From Faecousia sp. (GTDB lineage Bacteria; Bacillota; Clostridia; Oscillospirales; Oscillospiraceae): a stretch of 64,000 nucleotides of DNA. The notes beneath the pieces are model-generated. The model made no database searches. It was given only the letters and a program-made list of their open reading frames with translations, and was not told the origin of the DNA. The stretch spans positions 1,200 through 65,199 of the forward strand of contig JAZRQF010000074.1 of NCBI GenBank assembly GCA_045649605.1, given 5' to 3'. Positions 38,555 to 48,974 of this stretch are shown in pieces (the first letter of the stretch is position 1; every line of letters begins with the position of its first letter). A program made the translations under genes and the position numbers.

Positions 38555-40066
38555 ATGGGAAAGCTATATATCGGCTGGGCAGAAGAAAGCCTGGTCCCTG
38601 AGAAAAAAGTTGCGCTGGAAGGACAGTTCTTTGAGCGGATTTCCCAGTTTGTGGAAAGTCCGGTTGCCGTCACCGCCTGTGCGGTGGAGGCGGATGGAGA
38701 CGCTGTAATTCTGATGTCTGTGGACATTATCTCTATGCAGAAATGTCTGATCGACCTGATCCGTGAGAGATTCGCACAGATCTGTCCGGAAGTGGATCCT
38801 ATGAAGCTGGTTCCCTTTGCGACCCACACCCATACCTCTATCGCTGCCCGTGCGGATACCGGTAAGCGTGGCAGCTCCAGCATCGCGTCTCTGAACAAGG
38901 TGTTGGAGGAGTTTTTCCCGGAGGGTAAGCTCTATGCTGCAAAGGCCGTGGCGGATGATACGGTGATGACTCCGGAGGAGGGTGCAGCGCTGGTAGTCGA
39001 AAAGGCAGCTATGGCAGCTAAGCGGGCCTGGGAAGGCCGGCAGGAAGCCTACTATGCCAACGAGTTCGGCAGAGCTGCAGTAGGTATGTGTCGCCGTGTG
39101 GTCTATGACGATGGCAGCGGCCAGATGTGGGGCGATACCAACACCGCTAATTTCGTATCTATGGAAGGCGGCAACGACTCCGGTGTGGAGCTGTTGTATA
39201 CCTTCGATGCCAATAAAAAGCTCACCGGTGTTTGGGCAAACATTGCCTGTCCTGCTCAGATCCTGGAGCAGAGAAGCTTTATTTCTGCCGATTATTGGGG
39301 CAGAGTCCGGTCCAATCTGCGGGAAAAGTTGGGTCCCGATGTATATCTTCTGAGCATGTGCGGTGCTGGTGGTGACCAGTGCCCCCGTGACCTGGTGCGC
39401 TGGGTTAACCCGGAAACCCCTATTGACGATCCCAATGTTAAGCGTCCCAATCTTTTGAAGCGCAAGGCAGACCCCTCTATGTACGATATCAGCGGCTGCA
39501 ACAAGGTGGGTAAGCGCATTTCCAATGAGATCCTCTCTGTGCTGGAGGAGATCACCGAGTATCACTGTGATCCTGTATTCAAGCACGAGATCGTGCAGCT
39601 GAATCTGCCTCTGCGTAAGGCAACGATTGCCCAGTACGAGGATGCTGTCAGACAGATCGAATACTACATTGAAAAGAATAAGGACAAGGAAGTCTTTGAT
39701 TTTTCCGATACCGCAAAAATGCACGTATATGCCGGTACGGTAAAGCGCTTCCGGGATCAGCAATATATAGAGGTCGTGCCTACGGAGTACCATGTGATCC
39801 GCCTGGGCGATATCTGCGTAGCCACCAATCCCTTTGAGCTGTTCCTGGACTACGGCAACCGGATTAAGGCCCGTTCCTATGCACAGCAGACCTTTATTGC
39901 CCAGCTTTGTTGTGACAACTTCGGTTATCTGCCCACAGAAAAGGCAGAAAAGGCCGGTCACTACAGTGCGTATATTTCCAGCGGTCGTGTAGGCCACGAA
40001 GGCGGCGACCTGCTGGTGCGGGATACCGTGGATAGAATTAACAAAATGTTTGAGGAGGACGAATAA
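38555..40066 (+). CDS. Neutral/alkaline ceramidase-like amidohydrolase, unknown substrate
   Basis: ATHTHTS, NIACPAQ, ISADYWG, GAGGDQ, PFELF and GYLPT motifs. Confidence 0.65.
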   Translation: MGKLYIGWAEESLVPEKKVALEGQFFERISQFVESPVAVTACAVEADGDAVILMSVDIISMQKCLIDLIRERFAQICPEVDPMKLVPFATHTHTSIAARADTGKRGSSSIASLNKVLEEFFPEGKLYAAKAVADDTVMTPEEGAALVVEKAAMAAKRAWEGRQEAYYANEFGRAAVGMCRRVVYDDGSGQMWGDTNTANFVSMEGGNDSGVELLYTFDANKKLTGVWANIACPAQILEQRSFISADYWGRVRSNLREKLGPDVYLLSMCGAGGDQCPRDLVRWVNPETPIDDPNVKRPNLLKRKADPSMYDISGCNKVGKRISNEILSVLEEITEYHCDPVFKHEIVQLNLPLRKATIAQYEDAVRQIEYYIEKNKDKEVFDFSDTAKMHVYAGTVKRFRDQQYIEVVPTEYHVIRLGDICVATNPFELFLDYGNRIKARSYAQQTFIAQLCCDNFGYLPTEKAEKAGHYSAYISSGRVGHEGGDLLVRDTVDRINKMFEEDE

Positions 40067-41418
40067 TGAGAGCAGCATTTGTCGGTTTTGGCGAAGTAAA
40101 TACCCCCTTGGATGTGATCATCCGTAAGTGTGAAAAGGCAGAGAAGGAACTGCTGGATAAGGGCGTAGAGCTGATCAGCGTTTACCCCGTTACCGACGAT
40201 TATGAAGAGAAGGATATCCGTAAAGCGCTGGATGCGCTGAAGGGCCAGGATTTCGATTGTCTGGTTGTATGTATTGCCGGTTGGATTCCTACCCATGCCG
40301 TGGTAAAGGTATGCGAGCACTTCCGTGAAAAACCCATGGTTCTGTGGGGTCTGTGCGGTTGGATCGAGCCTGATGGCCGTTTGGTTACCACTGCAGATCA
40401 GGCAGGCACCAGCGCACTGAGAAAGACTTTTGCTGACCTGGGCTATACCTTCACTTTCCTGTATGACATCATCGGCAAGGAAAGCAATGCCGCTAAGGTT
40501 GCTGACTACTGTGCCGCTGCTTCTGCTGCTGTAAAGCTCAGAAGTGCAAAGGTAGGCATGGCAGGCTACCGTGACATGAATCTGTACGGCACTCTGTTTG
40601 ACGGCTCCAGCCTGAAGCGCGTTGTCGGTCCTGAGATCGAGACTTTCGAAATGTTGGAGATGCAGCAGCGTTATGAGAAGCTGACCCTGGCTGAAAAGCA
40701 GGCAGTGGTGGACAGCGAAATGAGCAAGTGGCACTTCCTGAAAGAAGCAAAGGAAGAGGGCAAGCTGATGGCTGCCGGTTACTATCTGGCAGTGAAGCAG
40801 CTGATCGACGAGCGTGGCTACGATGCCATTTCTCTGAAGGACGTAGACGGCATGAAAAAGTTGATCGGCTTCCCCCCCGCACCCATTCTCATGCTGCTGT
40901 CCGATGCAGCTAAGGTTTCCACCACACCTGAAAACGACAGCCTGGGCAACGTGACACAGCTGATGGTCAAGTACCTGACCGGTCAGTGTGGTGCATATCT
41001 GGAATTCTATGAGTTCTTTGAGGACCGTGTGCTGGCAGGTGTTCCTGACTACATCCCCGCAGAGATCACCGACGGCGAGACTACCGTTATTCCTGCTGCC
41101 TTTGGTGAACTGTCCGAGGGTATTCTGAACGTTTCCAAGGTACGCACCGGCGAACTCACTATGTGCCGTCTGTTTATGGAAAACGGCAAGTACTTCATGC
41201 ACATGGTTACCGGTGAGGGCATTACCCCCCGCAAGTGGGAAGAGTGCGGCTGGACCCAGCCTGCACCGCAGCTGCCCGGCCTGGAGATCCTGCTGAAGGA
41301 CACCGAGGCATTCGCACAGAATGTTATGTGTCAGCATTACATTATTTCCTATGGCAACAATACCCGCCGCATTCGTGCCTTGTGTGACATTTTGGGCATT
41401 CAGGTAATCGGCGATTAA
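40066..41418 (+). CDS. L-fucose/L-arabinose isomerase family protein
   Basis: ENDSLG motif, GELTMCRL and terminal QHYIISYG. Confidence 0.72.
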   Translation: MRAAFVGFGEVNTPLDVIIRKCEKAEKELLDKGVELISVYPVTDDYEEKDIRKALDALKGQDFDCLVVCIAGWIPTHAVVKVCEHFREKPMVLWGLCGWIEPDGRLVTTADQAGTSALRKTFADLGYTFTFLYDIIGKESNAAKVADYCAAASAAVKLRSAKVGMAGYRDMNLYGTLFDGSSLKRVVGPEIETFEMLEMQQRYEKLTLAEKQAVVDSEMSKWHFLKEAKEEGKLMAAGYYLAVKQLIDERGYDAISLKDVDGMKKLIGFPPAPILMLLSDAAKVSTTPENDSLGNVTQLMVKYLTGQCGAYLEFYEFFEDRVLAGVPDYIPAEITDGETTVIPAAFGELSEGILNVSKVRTGELTMCRLFMENGKYFMHMVTGEGITPRKWEECGWTQPAPQLPGLEILLKDTEAFAQNVMCQHYIISYGNNTRRIRALCDILGIQVIGD

Positions 41419-41436
41419 TATGGGAGGCGAGGTTTT

Positions 41437-42723
41437 ATGAAAATCTCGGATTTTCCTGCAAAGGAATATAACATAGCAGATTTTGGCGCGATCGTATGCG
41501 ATCGCCTGCAAACCCGTCAGATTCAGGATGCTATCGACGCTTGCTTTTTAGCAGGCGGCGGCAGAGTTGTTATTCCTGCCGGTATTTATCTGACCGGCGG
41601 TCTGCGGTTGCGCAGCAACGTGATGCTGTATCTGGAAAGCGGCGCTATTCTAAAGGGAAGCACCAATCCGGAAGATTATATGGCGTTCCTGAACGATACA
41701 GTAGAACCTTTGAAGCCGTACGAAATGACCCATCACGGTGTGTATCCCTACAGCCGTTGGAATAATGGTCTGATCCGTGTCATTGATGCTAAGAATGTGG
41801 CCATCATTGGTGAAAAGGGTTCTTATATCGATGGCAGCGATTGCTATGATCCGGAGGGCGAGGAAAAGTACCGTGGTCCCCATGGTATCAACATCCAGCA
41901 CAGTGAAAACATTTTGCTGGAGGGTTATACGCTCATGAACAGCGGTAACTGGGCGCACGCTATTTTCGTTACAAACCACATTACTGCCCGGAATTTGACG
42001 GTGTTAGGCGGTCATGACGGTTTTGATGTGCGTACCTGCGACGATGTGCTGATCGAGGATTGTGAGTTTTACTCCGGTGATGACTGTGTTGCCGGTTTTG
42101 ACAACTGCGATGTGATCGTCAGAAACTGCATTCTCAACTGCGCTTGCAGTAGCATCCGTTTCGGCGGCAACAATGTGCTGATCGAGAACTGCCGCAGCTA
42201 TACGCCGGCACGGTTCGGCTTCCGTGGTTCTCTCCCCAAGGATCAGCGTTGGCTGCGCCCTCAGGTCAATGAGAACTGCCGTCACAGCACCCATACGCCC
42301 TTCCGGTATTATTGCGATTTCCGGGCAGATATTCGGAAAACTCCCGGCGATATTCTGATCCGCAATTGCACCTTTGAAGGTCCGGATGCTGCGTTCCTGC
42401 TGGAGTTTGACGGTGAGCATCAATGGTGCTGCAACCGTTCTTTGGCATCCATCACATTTAAAGACTGTACCATCACCGGTGTAAAGTTCCCCATGTGCAT
42501 CCACGGAGACGAGAAGGAACCCGTTGACTTCAGAATGGAAAACGTAACCATTTCTGCACGGGAAGGTTTTGAAGATGTGGCGGTTTTGAATGCGACTAAT
42601 TTCTCTTCCATTACGTTAAATGGTGTTACTCTGGGCGGTTACCGGGACCCGGCTATGGTCCTGCATACCGACGGAAAGGTAGATATGGTGCAGACCACAC
42701 CTATCCGCCTGGAACATGCTTAA
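41437..42723 (+). CDS. GH28-like beta-helix glycoside hydrolase, cytoplasmic
   Basis: IQDAIDAC...GGGRVVIPAG, HDGFD and GDDC motifs. Confidence 0.75.
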   Translation: MKISDFPAKEYNIADFGAIVCDRLQTRQIQDAIDACFLAGGGRVVIPAGIYLTGGLRLRSNVMLYLESGAILKGSTNPEDYMAFLNDTVEPLKPYEMTHHGVYPYSRWNNGLIRVIDAKNVAIIGEKGSYIDGSDCYDPEGEEKYRGPHGINIQHSENILLEGYTLMNSGNWAHAIFVTNHITARNLTVLGGHDGFDVRTCDDVLIEDCEFYSGDDCVAGFDNCDVIVRNCILNCACSSIRFGGNNVLIENCRSYTPARFGFRGSLPKDQRWLRPQVNENCRHSTHTPFRYYCDFRADIRKTPGDILIRNCTFEGPDAAFLLEFDGEHQWCCNRSLASITFKDCTITGVKFPMCIHGDEKEPVDFRMENVTISAREGFEDVAVLNATNFSSITLNGVTLGGYRDPAMVLHTDGKVDMVQTTPIRLEHA

Positions 42724-42768
42724 AGAAAGCCCCCTCTGGCGAAAAGCCAGAGGGGGCAATTTTATCAT

Positions 42769-43605
42769 TCAGATATTCAGAAAAACCAGTGCAGTAATGA
42801 TCCCTGCCAGAGCGACCCATTGCAGCTTGCTTAGCCGTTCCCGGAACATCACCACGCCGGATAGTGTCACGATCAGCAATGTGGCAACGCTGAAACTGGG
42901 ATAGACCACCACGGCAGGCAGTTTTGTCAGCGCGCCTAACAAGAATTTTGCTGAAAAGAAATTGGGAATGCCAATCAGACTACCAAACAGAATTTCAGAC
43001 AAACCCAGTTTCTCTTTTTTGTAAACAGCTAAGCCGGCGCACAACAAAAACGCGGTGACAAAGCAATAGAACAAAAAGGAATCGGCAAGTTCCCCGGGAC
43101 CCAGCTTTTCAAAAACCTTCGACATGACATCGGCACCACCGCATATGAGCAGCATCAGCAGCAAACTCCAGCCAAAGCCTGTGCCGGAATGCTCCTTTTT
43201 CAGATTGATCAGCACGATTGCGAACACGGCGATGCAAAAGCCGATGATCTGACTGATACCGGGTGCTTCCCGGAAAAACAGCAAGGATGCAATCACAGGA
43301 ACAAGAAGTCCCAGCTTCATAAAGATAGAAGTCAGAACGATGCCCCGCTTGCGGGTGTTATATTGACACAACACAAATCCACCTAAATATAGCAAACCGC
43401 TGATAATACCTAGCCACAGGGTTATGGAAAATCCGGAATGCGCCGGTGTTGCCGGAGAGAAACCGGTATAGGCAGCTCCCAGCAGGGAGCAGACAAGATA
43501 ATTTACAGCAAGCATGCTGAGATTTGCTGAAATACGGGTCGAACTGATACGCATCAAAATAGCGATTGCGGAACTGCTCAAAATAGCAAGAATTAAAAAC
43601 AGCAT
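42769..43605 (-). CDS. DMT/EamA-family transporter
   Basis: ~10 TM in two repeats; LFFREAP and VVYP...FRERLS motifs. Confidence 0.82.
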   Translation of the reverse strand: MLFLILAILSSSAIAILMRISSTRISANLSMLAVNYLVCSLLGAAYTGFSPATPAHSGFSITLWLGIISGLLYLGGFVLCQYNTRKRGIVLTSIFMKLGLLVPVIASLLFFREAPGISQIIGFCIAVFAIVLINLKKEHSGTGFGWSLLLMLLICGGADVMSKVFEKLGPGELADSFLFYCFVTAFLLCAGLAVYKKEKLGLSEILFGSLIGIPNFFSAKFLLGALTKLPAVVVYPSFSVATLLIVTLSGVVMFRERLSKLQWVALAGIITALVFLNI

Positions 43606-43695
43606 TTGCAAACCTCCCGACACATGGTTTTTATATGATAACACAGTGTGGAAAAAATGCAAGAAAAAGCGGGCGGCCAATGACCGCCCGTGCAG

Positions 43696-44664
43696 TTAAG
43701 CTGCCGCATCCAACATATTCTCTATAAAAATTCCATACCCCGTGGTCGGGTCGTTTACCAGCACATGGGTCACAGCCCCAATCAACTTGCCGTCTTGGAT
43801 AATCGGTGAGCCGGACATGCCTTGAACAATGCCGCCGGTGGTCTCTAAAAGAGTTGGATCGGTAACCTTCAGCAGCATATTTCGGTTGCGGCCGTTGTGG
43901 TTTGGATAGATTTTCAGAATCTCCACAGAATATTCCCGCAGGGTGTTTCCTTCGATGGTTGAACGGATGGTTGCGCTGCCGGTGTGCACATCCTCTGCTT
44001 CACCTACCGGCAAGGGCGTGCCGGAAATATCTAAATCCAAGTTGCCGAAAACGCCTTGCACGGTGTTTTTGTCAATTGTTCCGGCGGGGGTGTTACCGGA
44101 AAGACGGCCACAAAGTTGTCCCGGTGCGCCTACAGCCCCTTTTTTGACTGCTTTTACTTGGGCAGGGTAAACCGTGCCTTTTTCCATTTGTACCAAAGAA
44201 CCGTTTTGGCTGTTGACTCCATGCCCCAAGGCGGCAAAATCCTCTGTTTCCGGATCATAATAGGTGACAGTGCCGATGCCGGTGGTACCTTGTTTCAAAT
44301 ACACACCCAATCGGGGCCCATCTTTTGTCAGCGCAGGGGATAGAGAAAGTTCTTTTGTTTTGCCGCTGCGCAAAACTGCGATGTCCACATGGCCGTCGGA
44401 ATGGGTAAGGGCTTTTCGCACATCCTCAGCGCAGGCGATTTTTGTGTCGTCAATGCGTAAGATCCGGTCTCCTTCTTTCAGACCTGCGTCCCGGGCGGCA
44501 GCGCCCAGAGAATCATCAAAGGCGGCGACAGTTACGGTGTTGTCCTGCAGCTCCAGACCGATCACCTGACCGCCGGGGATCAGCAAATCGGCAGCGTTTG
44601 CGTTGGCGGCGAGGGTATATATCATAAAAAGGAAAAGCGCCGTACGGCGTAAGAATTTTTTCAT
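43696..44664 (-). CDS. spoIVB: SpoIVB serine peptidase (S55) with PDZ domain
   Basis: GIGTVTY, ALGH and GGIVQGMSGSPIIQDGKLIGAVTHVLVNDPTTGYG motifs. Confidence 0.93.
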   Translation of the reverse strand: MKKFLRRTALFLFMIYTLAANANAADLLIPGGQVIGLELQDNTVTVAAFDDSLGAAARDAGLKEGDRILRIDDTKIACAEDVRKALTHSDGHVDIAVLRSGKTKELSLSPALTKDGPRLGVYLKQGTTGIGTVTYYDPETEDFAALGHGVNSQNGSLVQMEKGTVYPAQVKAVKKGAVGAPGQLCGRLSGNTPAGTIDKNTVQGVFGNLDLDISGTPLPVGEAEDVHTGSATIRSTIEGNTLREYSVEILKIYPNHNGRNRNMLLKVTDPTLLETTGGIVQGMSGSPIIQDGKLIGAVTHVLVNDPTTGYGIFIENMLDAAA

Positions 44665-44771
44665 AAATTACACCTCCTTGCTCTTTTAATATTCCAAAAC
44701 CATGACGCACTAACCAATACAAAAGTCGAAAGTTTTGGAAAAAACTGTTTTTAAACAAGCAAAGACAACTG

Positions 44772-44826
44772 CCTATTGACATGGTAGGTAAAAGATGGTA
44801 ATATTACCCATGGAATTACTAGGTAA
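44772..44826 (+). promoter_or_regulatory. isc promoter with two Rrf2-type operator palindromes
   Basis: TTGACA-N17-TAATAT; CCTA-N9-TAGG over the -35 and TTA-CCCA-N9-TAGG-TAA over the start site. Confidence 0.65.
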
Positions 44827-44879
44827 GCAGCAGACAGCCGAAAAATCGGTGCGCCAGCTGCTGAATTGGAGGCTTTTTT

Positions 44880-46067
44880 ATGCACGTTTATGCGGATAAT
44901 GCAGCAACCACCAAAATGAGCCGTGTGGCCATTGATGCAATGCTGCCTTATTATGAAGATATTTACGCAAATCCGTCCAGTCTGCACACCGCCGGACAGA
45001 AGGCGAAGGAAGTGCTGGAGGATGCTCGTGAGCGGGTGGCCAAGTGCTTAGGCTGTGAAGCGCGTGAGATTTTGTTTACATCCGGCGGCAGCGAGGCGGA
45101 CAATCAGGCAATTGTGTCTGCTGCCCGCTATGGCGCACGCAAAGGCAAAAATCATATTATTTCCACCGCCTTTGAGCATCATGCCGTGCTGCACACGCTG
45201 CAAAGACTGGAAAAAGAAGGTTTTGAGGTGACCTATCTGGATGTGTCCCAGGGTCACAACATTACTGCCCAGCAGGTAAAGGATGCGATCCGTGAGGATA
45301 CCTGCCTGGTTACAGTAATGTATGCCAACAACGAGATCGGTTCTGTGTTGCCCATCGCCGAAATCGGCGCAGTTTGTAAGGAAGCCGGTGTGGTATTCCA
45401 TACCGATGCGGTGCAGGCAGCAGGTCATTTGCACATTGATGTAAAGGCACAGAATATTGATATGCTCAGCTTGTCCGGCCATAAGTTCCACGGTCCTAAG
45501 GGCGTGGGTGCGCTGTATGTCCGCCGTGGTCTGCCGCTGGTCAACATCATTGAAGGCGGCGCTCAGGAGCGTGGCAAACGCGCCGGTACAGAGAATATTC
45601 CCGGTATTTGCGGCATGGCTGCTGCGCTGGAAGATGCCTGCGCACACTTGGATGAGAATGCGGCTAAGGTAACTGCCCTGCGGGATAAGCTCATCGCCGG
45701 TCTGTCTCAGATCCCCCACAGCGCTCTGAACGGTGACCCGGTGAACCGTCTGCCCGGCAATGTCAGCTTCTGCTTTGAGGGCATCGAGGGCGAAAGCTTG
45801 CTGCTGCTTTTGGATGCCAAGGGCGTATGCGCCTCCTCCGGCAGCGCATGTACTTCCGGTTCTTTGGATCCCAGCCATGTACTGCTGGCCATTGGCAGAG
45901 TGCATGATGTGGCTCACGGTTCTTTGCGTTTGAGCCTTTGCCACTACAACACAGAAGAAGAGATCGACTATATTTTGGAAGCCGTTCCCCAGGTGGTACA
46001 GCTTCTGCGGAATATGAGTCCGGTTTGGCGTGATTTGCAGACCGGCAAGCGGCAATACATTTTGTAA
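44880..46067 (+). CDS. iscS: Cysteine desulfurase
   Basis: DNAATT, HTDAVQA, SGHKFHGPKG and SSGSACTS motifs. Confidence 0.95.
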   Translation: MHVYADNAATTKMSRVAIDAMLPYYEDIYANPSSLHTAGQKAKEVLEDARERVAKCLGCEAREILFTSGGSEADNQAIVSAARYGARKGKNHIISTAFEHHAVLHTLQRLEKEGFEVTYLDVSQGHNITAQQVKDAIREDTCLVTVMYANNEIGSVLPIAEIGAVCKEAGVVFHTDAVQAAGHLHIDVKAQNIDMLSLSGHKFHGPKGVGALYVRRGLPLVNIIEGGAQERGKRAGTENIPGICGMAAALEDACAHLDENAAKVTALRDKLIAGLSQIPHSALNGDPVNRLPGNVSFCFEGIEGESLLLLLDAKGVCASSGSACTSGSLDPSHVLLAIGRVHDVAHGSLRLSLCHYNTEEEIDYILEAVPQVVQLLRNMSPVWRDLQTGKRQYIL

Positions 46068-46078
46068 GGAGAATTATT

Positions 46079-46507
46079 ATGGCACTGTATAGTGAAGTTG
46101 TTATGGACCATTTCATGAACCCCCGGAACGTAGGCGTGATCGAGAATGCCGACGGTGTGGGCGAGGTTGGTAACGCCAAGTGTGGCGACATCATGAAGAT
46201 CTATCTGAAGATCGAAAACGACATTATCGTAGATGTAAAGTTCGAGACCTTTGGTTGCGGCAGCGCAATTGCTTCCTCTTCCATGGCTACCGAGATGATC
46301 AAGGGCAAGTCTATTGCCGAGGCTATGGCGCTGACCAACAAGGCAGTTGCTGAGGCGCTGGAAGGTTTGCCGGCAGCAAAGATGCACTGCTCCGTACTGG
46401 CAGAAGAGGCCATCAAGTCCGCCCTCAAGGACTACTACGAAAAGAACAACATCCCCTACGACAAGAGCCAGTTCCCGGATTGCGAGAACTGCGCCCACTG
46501 CCACTAA
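46079..46507 (+). CDS. iscU: Fe-S scaffold protein (IscU/NifU-N)
   Basis: CGD, FGCGSAIAS and KMHCS motifs; C-terminal CENCAHCH. Confidence 0.93.
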   Translation: MALYSEVVMDHFMNPRNVGVIENADGVGEVGNAKCGDIMKIYLKIENDIIVDVKFETFGCGSAIASSSMATEMIKGKSIAEAMALTNKAVAEALEGLPAAKMHCSVLAEEAIKSALKDYYEKNNIPYDKSQFPDCENCAHCH

Positions 46508-46510
46508 GCT

Positions 46511-46918
46511 ATGATCGTATCAACAAAGGGTCGCTATGCCCTGCGGGTGATGGTACATTTTGTACTGCATGGCGGTGAGGAATTTATTCCGCTGAAGGAA
46601 ATTGCGGAGTCTGAGGGCATCAGCCAGAAGTATCTGGAGTCTATCATGACTACCTTGAGCAAAGCCGGTTTCGTAGATGCGGTCCACGGCAAAGGCGGTG
46701 GCTATCGGCTCAACCGCAAGCCGGAGGAATATACAGTGGGCAGTATTCTAAAATTGACAGAAGGTAGCTTGAATACCGTGTCCTGCACCACCCAAGGTCC
46801 GGCGGCATGCTCCCGTGCTTCCTGCTGTCACACCTTGCCCATGTGGGAGAAACTGGATAAGATGGTAGATGAGTTCTTTGAGGGAATCACCCTTGCCGAT
46901 CTTCTGAATGAACAATGA
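46511..46918 (+). CDS. Rrf2-family regulator (IscR/CymR-like)
   Basis: STKGRYALR, YLE and GKGGGY motifs; Cys cluster VSC...AAC...CC. Confidence 0.92.
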   Translation: MIVSTKGRYALRVMVHFVLHGGEEFIPLKEIAESEGISQKYLESIMTTLSKAGFVDAVHGKGGGYRLNRKPEEYTVGSILKLTEGSLNTVSCTTQGPAACSRASCCHTLPMWEKLDKMVDEFFEGITLADLLNEQ

Positions 46919-47035
46919 AAAAAACCGGGACATGTCCCGGTTTTTTAAGTTTATTGTAAGATTGAAGGAGAATATTGCCTTTTTTGTTCCAGTGTGTTAC
47001 TATGCTTTCAGACAAAGAAAAAGGAAGTGTGCCAC

Positions 47036-47839
47036 ATGATTAGAGCATTGGATACATTTTTTGAGTCTGTCTCCTGGACGATGGAGCGCATTCCTTCCTA
47101 CGGAGCGTTCCATATTCTCTATACGCTGATTGGCTTTGCGGTCTGCGGCTTTGTCGCATGGAAGCTGCGTAAGGTCAGTGATAAGACTGCCAATTGGATT
47201 CTGTTTTCCATCGGCTTACTACTGGCGGTGTCCGAGGTGTTTAAACAGCTATTCTATTACTTTGCAGTTGAGAACAACAGCTATTCCTGGGACGATTTTC
47301 CTTTCCAGCTTTGCAGTGTTCCCATGTACATGTGTTTGATCGCTCCCTGGCTGAAGCCGGGCAAGCTGCAACGGGGCATGTTTAGCTTTATGGTGCTGTA
47401 TAACCTGCTGGGCGGCGCCATTTCCTTTACCGAGCCTTCGGGACTGCTGCTGGATCGCTGGTTTTTGACGATCCATGCATTGATCTGGCATATGCTGCTG
47501 GTGTTTATCGGCTTGTTCCTTTGCTTCTCCAAACGTGGCGGCAACCGAAAGTCCGATTATAAAGGCGCAACATGGACGTTTATTGCCTTGTGCGGTATTG
47601 CATTCGGTCTGAATTGCTTTGTGCAGTTCGGGCTGGGAAAACACATGAATATGTTCTTTGTAGGACCGGGCAATTCTCCTCTGGCGGTGTTCTCCCAGTT
47701 TTCCCAGTGGTTTGGCTGGTATATCAACACGTTTATCTACATATTCGCAGTCTGCTTGGGTGCGTATATCGTGTTTGTGCTGATCTATTATCTGCAAAAC
47801 AAAACGTTGCCTTTCCGTCAAAAAGAAAAAGTACATTAA
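47036..47839 (+). CDS. YwaF/TMEM164-family membrane protein
   Basis: YGAFH, FPFQLCS, WH and NMFF motifs. Confidence 0.75.
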   Translation: MIRALDTFFESVSWTMERIPSYGAFHILYTLIGFAVCGFVAWKLRKVSDKTANWILFSIGLLLAVSEVFKQLFYYFAVENNSYSWDDFPFQLCSVPMYMCLIAPWLKPGKLQRGMFSFMVLYNLLGGAISFTEPSGLLLDRWFLTIHALIWHMLLVFIGLFLCFSKRGGNRKSDYKGATWTFIALCGIAFGLNCFVQFGLGKHMNMFFVGPGNSPLAVFSQFSQWFGWYINTFIYIFAVCLGAYIVFVLIYYLQNKTLPFRQKEKVH

Positions 47840-47877
47840 AAAGAAGAACCGAAGGAAAGCTCCTTCGGTTCTTTTGT

Positions 47878-48825
47878 TTACTCTGTAGGCTTTTTAGAAA
47901 GATAGAAATGTGCGTAGGTGGTTTGGATGCCGGCGGTGCATTGCCATGCCAGTAGCAAACTCAGGAAAATCTGAACGATGTAGAAAAGGAAGAAGCTTAC
48001 ATCTGCGTTAATCGGCAGAGAAATGCCAACCATAGGAAGCAGAACATCCAACCAAGCCACAGCGGCCAGCAGCACTTGGGCAAGGTAGAACCACCAGAAA
48101 TGCAGATCCAATTTGAACAGCGAGACACAGTTGTTTTTCATCATGTGATTGCTGATACGCATGGCAGCCAAGGCGCCGACTTTGGGATCGTCCATGATGA
48201 CAAACTGGGACAAGCGGAAGCGGTAGAACAGGGGAATTGCCAGCGCACCGAACACAAGTGCCAGTATGATATACATAGGGATCAGCAGGGGAAGCAGTTG
48301 ATTGATAAAGTCGCTGTTGGCAAAAGCCTGCTCCAGTTGCACCGGATCGCTGACCAGGGGCATGAGTTGATCTGTCAGTTCTTGGGAGAAGGGCGTCAGC
48401 ATGTAGATCATGCTGGCCACATTAGAACACAGCAGTATCAGACCGAAATACATAACAAATTGCAGCAGGAACAGCCGCATGACCGGCATGATCCGCCGCA
48501 GACCCTCCAAAAGGGTGGCGGGAGTAGCAGGTTCGCCTCTTGCGATATGCATGCTTGCCCGGAAAAAACCGATCTCCCAAAATGGCAGCAGCAAAAGTCC
48601 GGCGGTAGACAGCACCATTTGTGCAGTAGACAGCACCGTTCGCAAACCGATGCCGGAAAGGCCGCCGGTGGAATCAATTCCCCGCTCCAAAACAAATTGC
48701 AGTACGGTTAAAATCAGTGAAAAAGCAAGCGAAACTCCGGCGTGAATCAGCGCCAGTTTTCTGGGATTATAGCTGGCGTTTTCCAAAGAGCGCCGGGTGT
48801 TGGCTTTCAATGACTGTATATCCAT
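47878..48825 (-). CDS. DUF975-family membrane protein
   Basis: YRFRLSQFVIMD...S...MK...LFKLDLHFWW and TTYAHFY. Confidence 0.72.
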   Translation of the reverse strand: MDIQSLKANTRRSLENASYNPRKLALIHAGVSLAFSLILTVLQFVLERGIDSTGGLSGIGLRTVLSTAQMVLSTAGLLLLPFWEIGFFRASMHIARGEPATPATLLEGLRRIMPVMRLFLLQFVMYFGLILLCSNVASMIYMLTPFSQELTDQLMPLVSDPVQLEQAFANSDFINQLLPLLIPMYIILALVFGALAIPLFYRFRLSQFVIMDDPKVGALAAMRISNHMMKNNCVSLFKLDLHFWWFYLAQVLLAAVAWLDVLLPMVGISLPINADVSFFLFYIVQIFLSLLLAWQCTAGIQTTYAHFYLSKKPTE

Positions 48826-48974
48826 AAAAAACTCCTTTGTAGTGGTTATAACCCACTTATCTATTTTATAAGCCAAAAGGGAAAAAATAGCAAATGAATT
48901 TTTTGTAACGGTAGCTTTTTTGCGGTGAGTATGCTACAATGGGGTAAATATAAATTACCCAAGGAGGTGGGAGC

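Noticed and set aside
34079-41511. Antisense ORFs of 504-518 aa opposite the dGTPase, ceramidase-like and isomerase genes
   Set aside because: Explained by scarcity of TTA/CTA/TCA codons in the real genes; the translations are not protein-like
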